NCBI RefSeq assembly: GCF_006345805.1
Contig: NC_043003.1
Coordinates: forward strand, 21,638,001 to 21,702,000
DNA from: Octopus sinensis
Taxonomy: Eukaryota
Length of the DNA stretch: 64,000 nt
Direction of reading: 5' to 3'
Shown one piece after another: positions 63,289 through 64,000 of this stretch; within the stretch, counting starts at the first letter, position 1, and each line of letters opens with the position of its first letter. The position numbers were made by a program, and so were the translations under genes. The notes beneath the pieces are model-generated. The model had not been told where the DNA came from. It ran no database searches and was given only the letters and a program-made list of their open reading frames with translations.

Positions 63289-64000
63289 GATTGATGAAAG
63301 ATAAAGTCGACACAAGTGAGATTTGAATCAAGAAGATAGACACAAAGTTAAATACTGAAAGGTATTTAGCCTAGTACCCTGCACTCTCTGCTATTATTTT
63401 GGCCTTTGAAAAAGCTAATAATTTCTGAGACACAAGGCTAAATGATGCTGGAGAGGAGCATAGGTAATTCACTGATGACACCACCCCACACACAATATAT
63501 GGAGTCACAGTTGTACTAGGTATGTCATGTGATCTGTAAGGAGGACACGGTCATCAAAATGAGTGCCCAAAACTTCATTATAAGGATGTCATTCAATAAC
63601 ATCACACTGAAGTGGGTGACATAATTGCAACTGGATGGGAAAGACAGCAACTAGATACAAACAATGCAGTAAATGTTGCAGACAAATTGGATGAAACAAG
63701 AGGGAAAGAGAGGACAAGTTGCTGCAAGATCCACCATACCAGGTCTAACAACAGTATTCTGCAATACATGTGGTTAGGGTTATTATACCAGTACACAGAA
63801 TCTCATTTACTTTTCTTTGCAATATAGGGCTTTTATGCCTAGTCACAAAGAAATGAATGCCAAAAGTTTAATGTCGACCATGATGGGATTTGAACTAACA
63901 CCAAAGAATGTAAATTATACTGTGATGCATTTAGTCCAGGATTCTAGAGACTGGACTAGGTTCAATAATTTTTTAAATCTTTTAGTCAGGTGTGAAGGCA

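Overview
Eukaryotic, AT-rich, intron-rich genomic DNA, very probably from an octopus (coleoid cephalopod). That assignment is inferred from the tRNA-derived SINE families and dense (TA)n/(AAT)n/(CA)n microsatellites, not from a database search. Two genes lie tail to tail. On the + strand is the 3' part of a phosphorylase kinase regulatory subunit alpha gene (PHKA): 10 core coding exons from 592 to the stop at 44843, ending in the CaaX motif CAIS. On the - strand are the last 8 coding exons of the peroxisomal ABC transporter ABCD3/PMP70 (62552 down to the stop at 52884). The most interesting signal lies in the 29-kb stretch encoding PHKA's variable multiphosphorylation region. It holds an 18-nt frame-preserving microexon (15143-15160) and two 74-nt phase 1-to-0 exons (28513-28586 and 33898-33971). 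Reading-frame logic requires exactly one of the two 74-nt exons, and only the second carries a PKA-type RRRES site. The introns are full of transposon relics (mariner, hAT, piggyBac-type MITEs, RTE, L1/Tx1 and R4/Dong LINE fragments, several SINE families) and several long fold-back palindromes. They also contain a tRNA-head element with a hammerhead-like/Penelope-type tail and an orphan ORF with a transmembrane segment. Exon coordinates were read by hand from splice sites and phase continuity; repeat boundaries are approximate.
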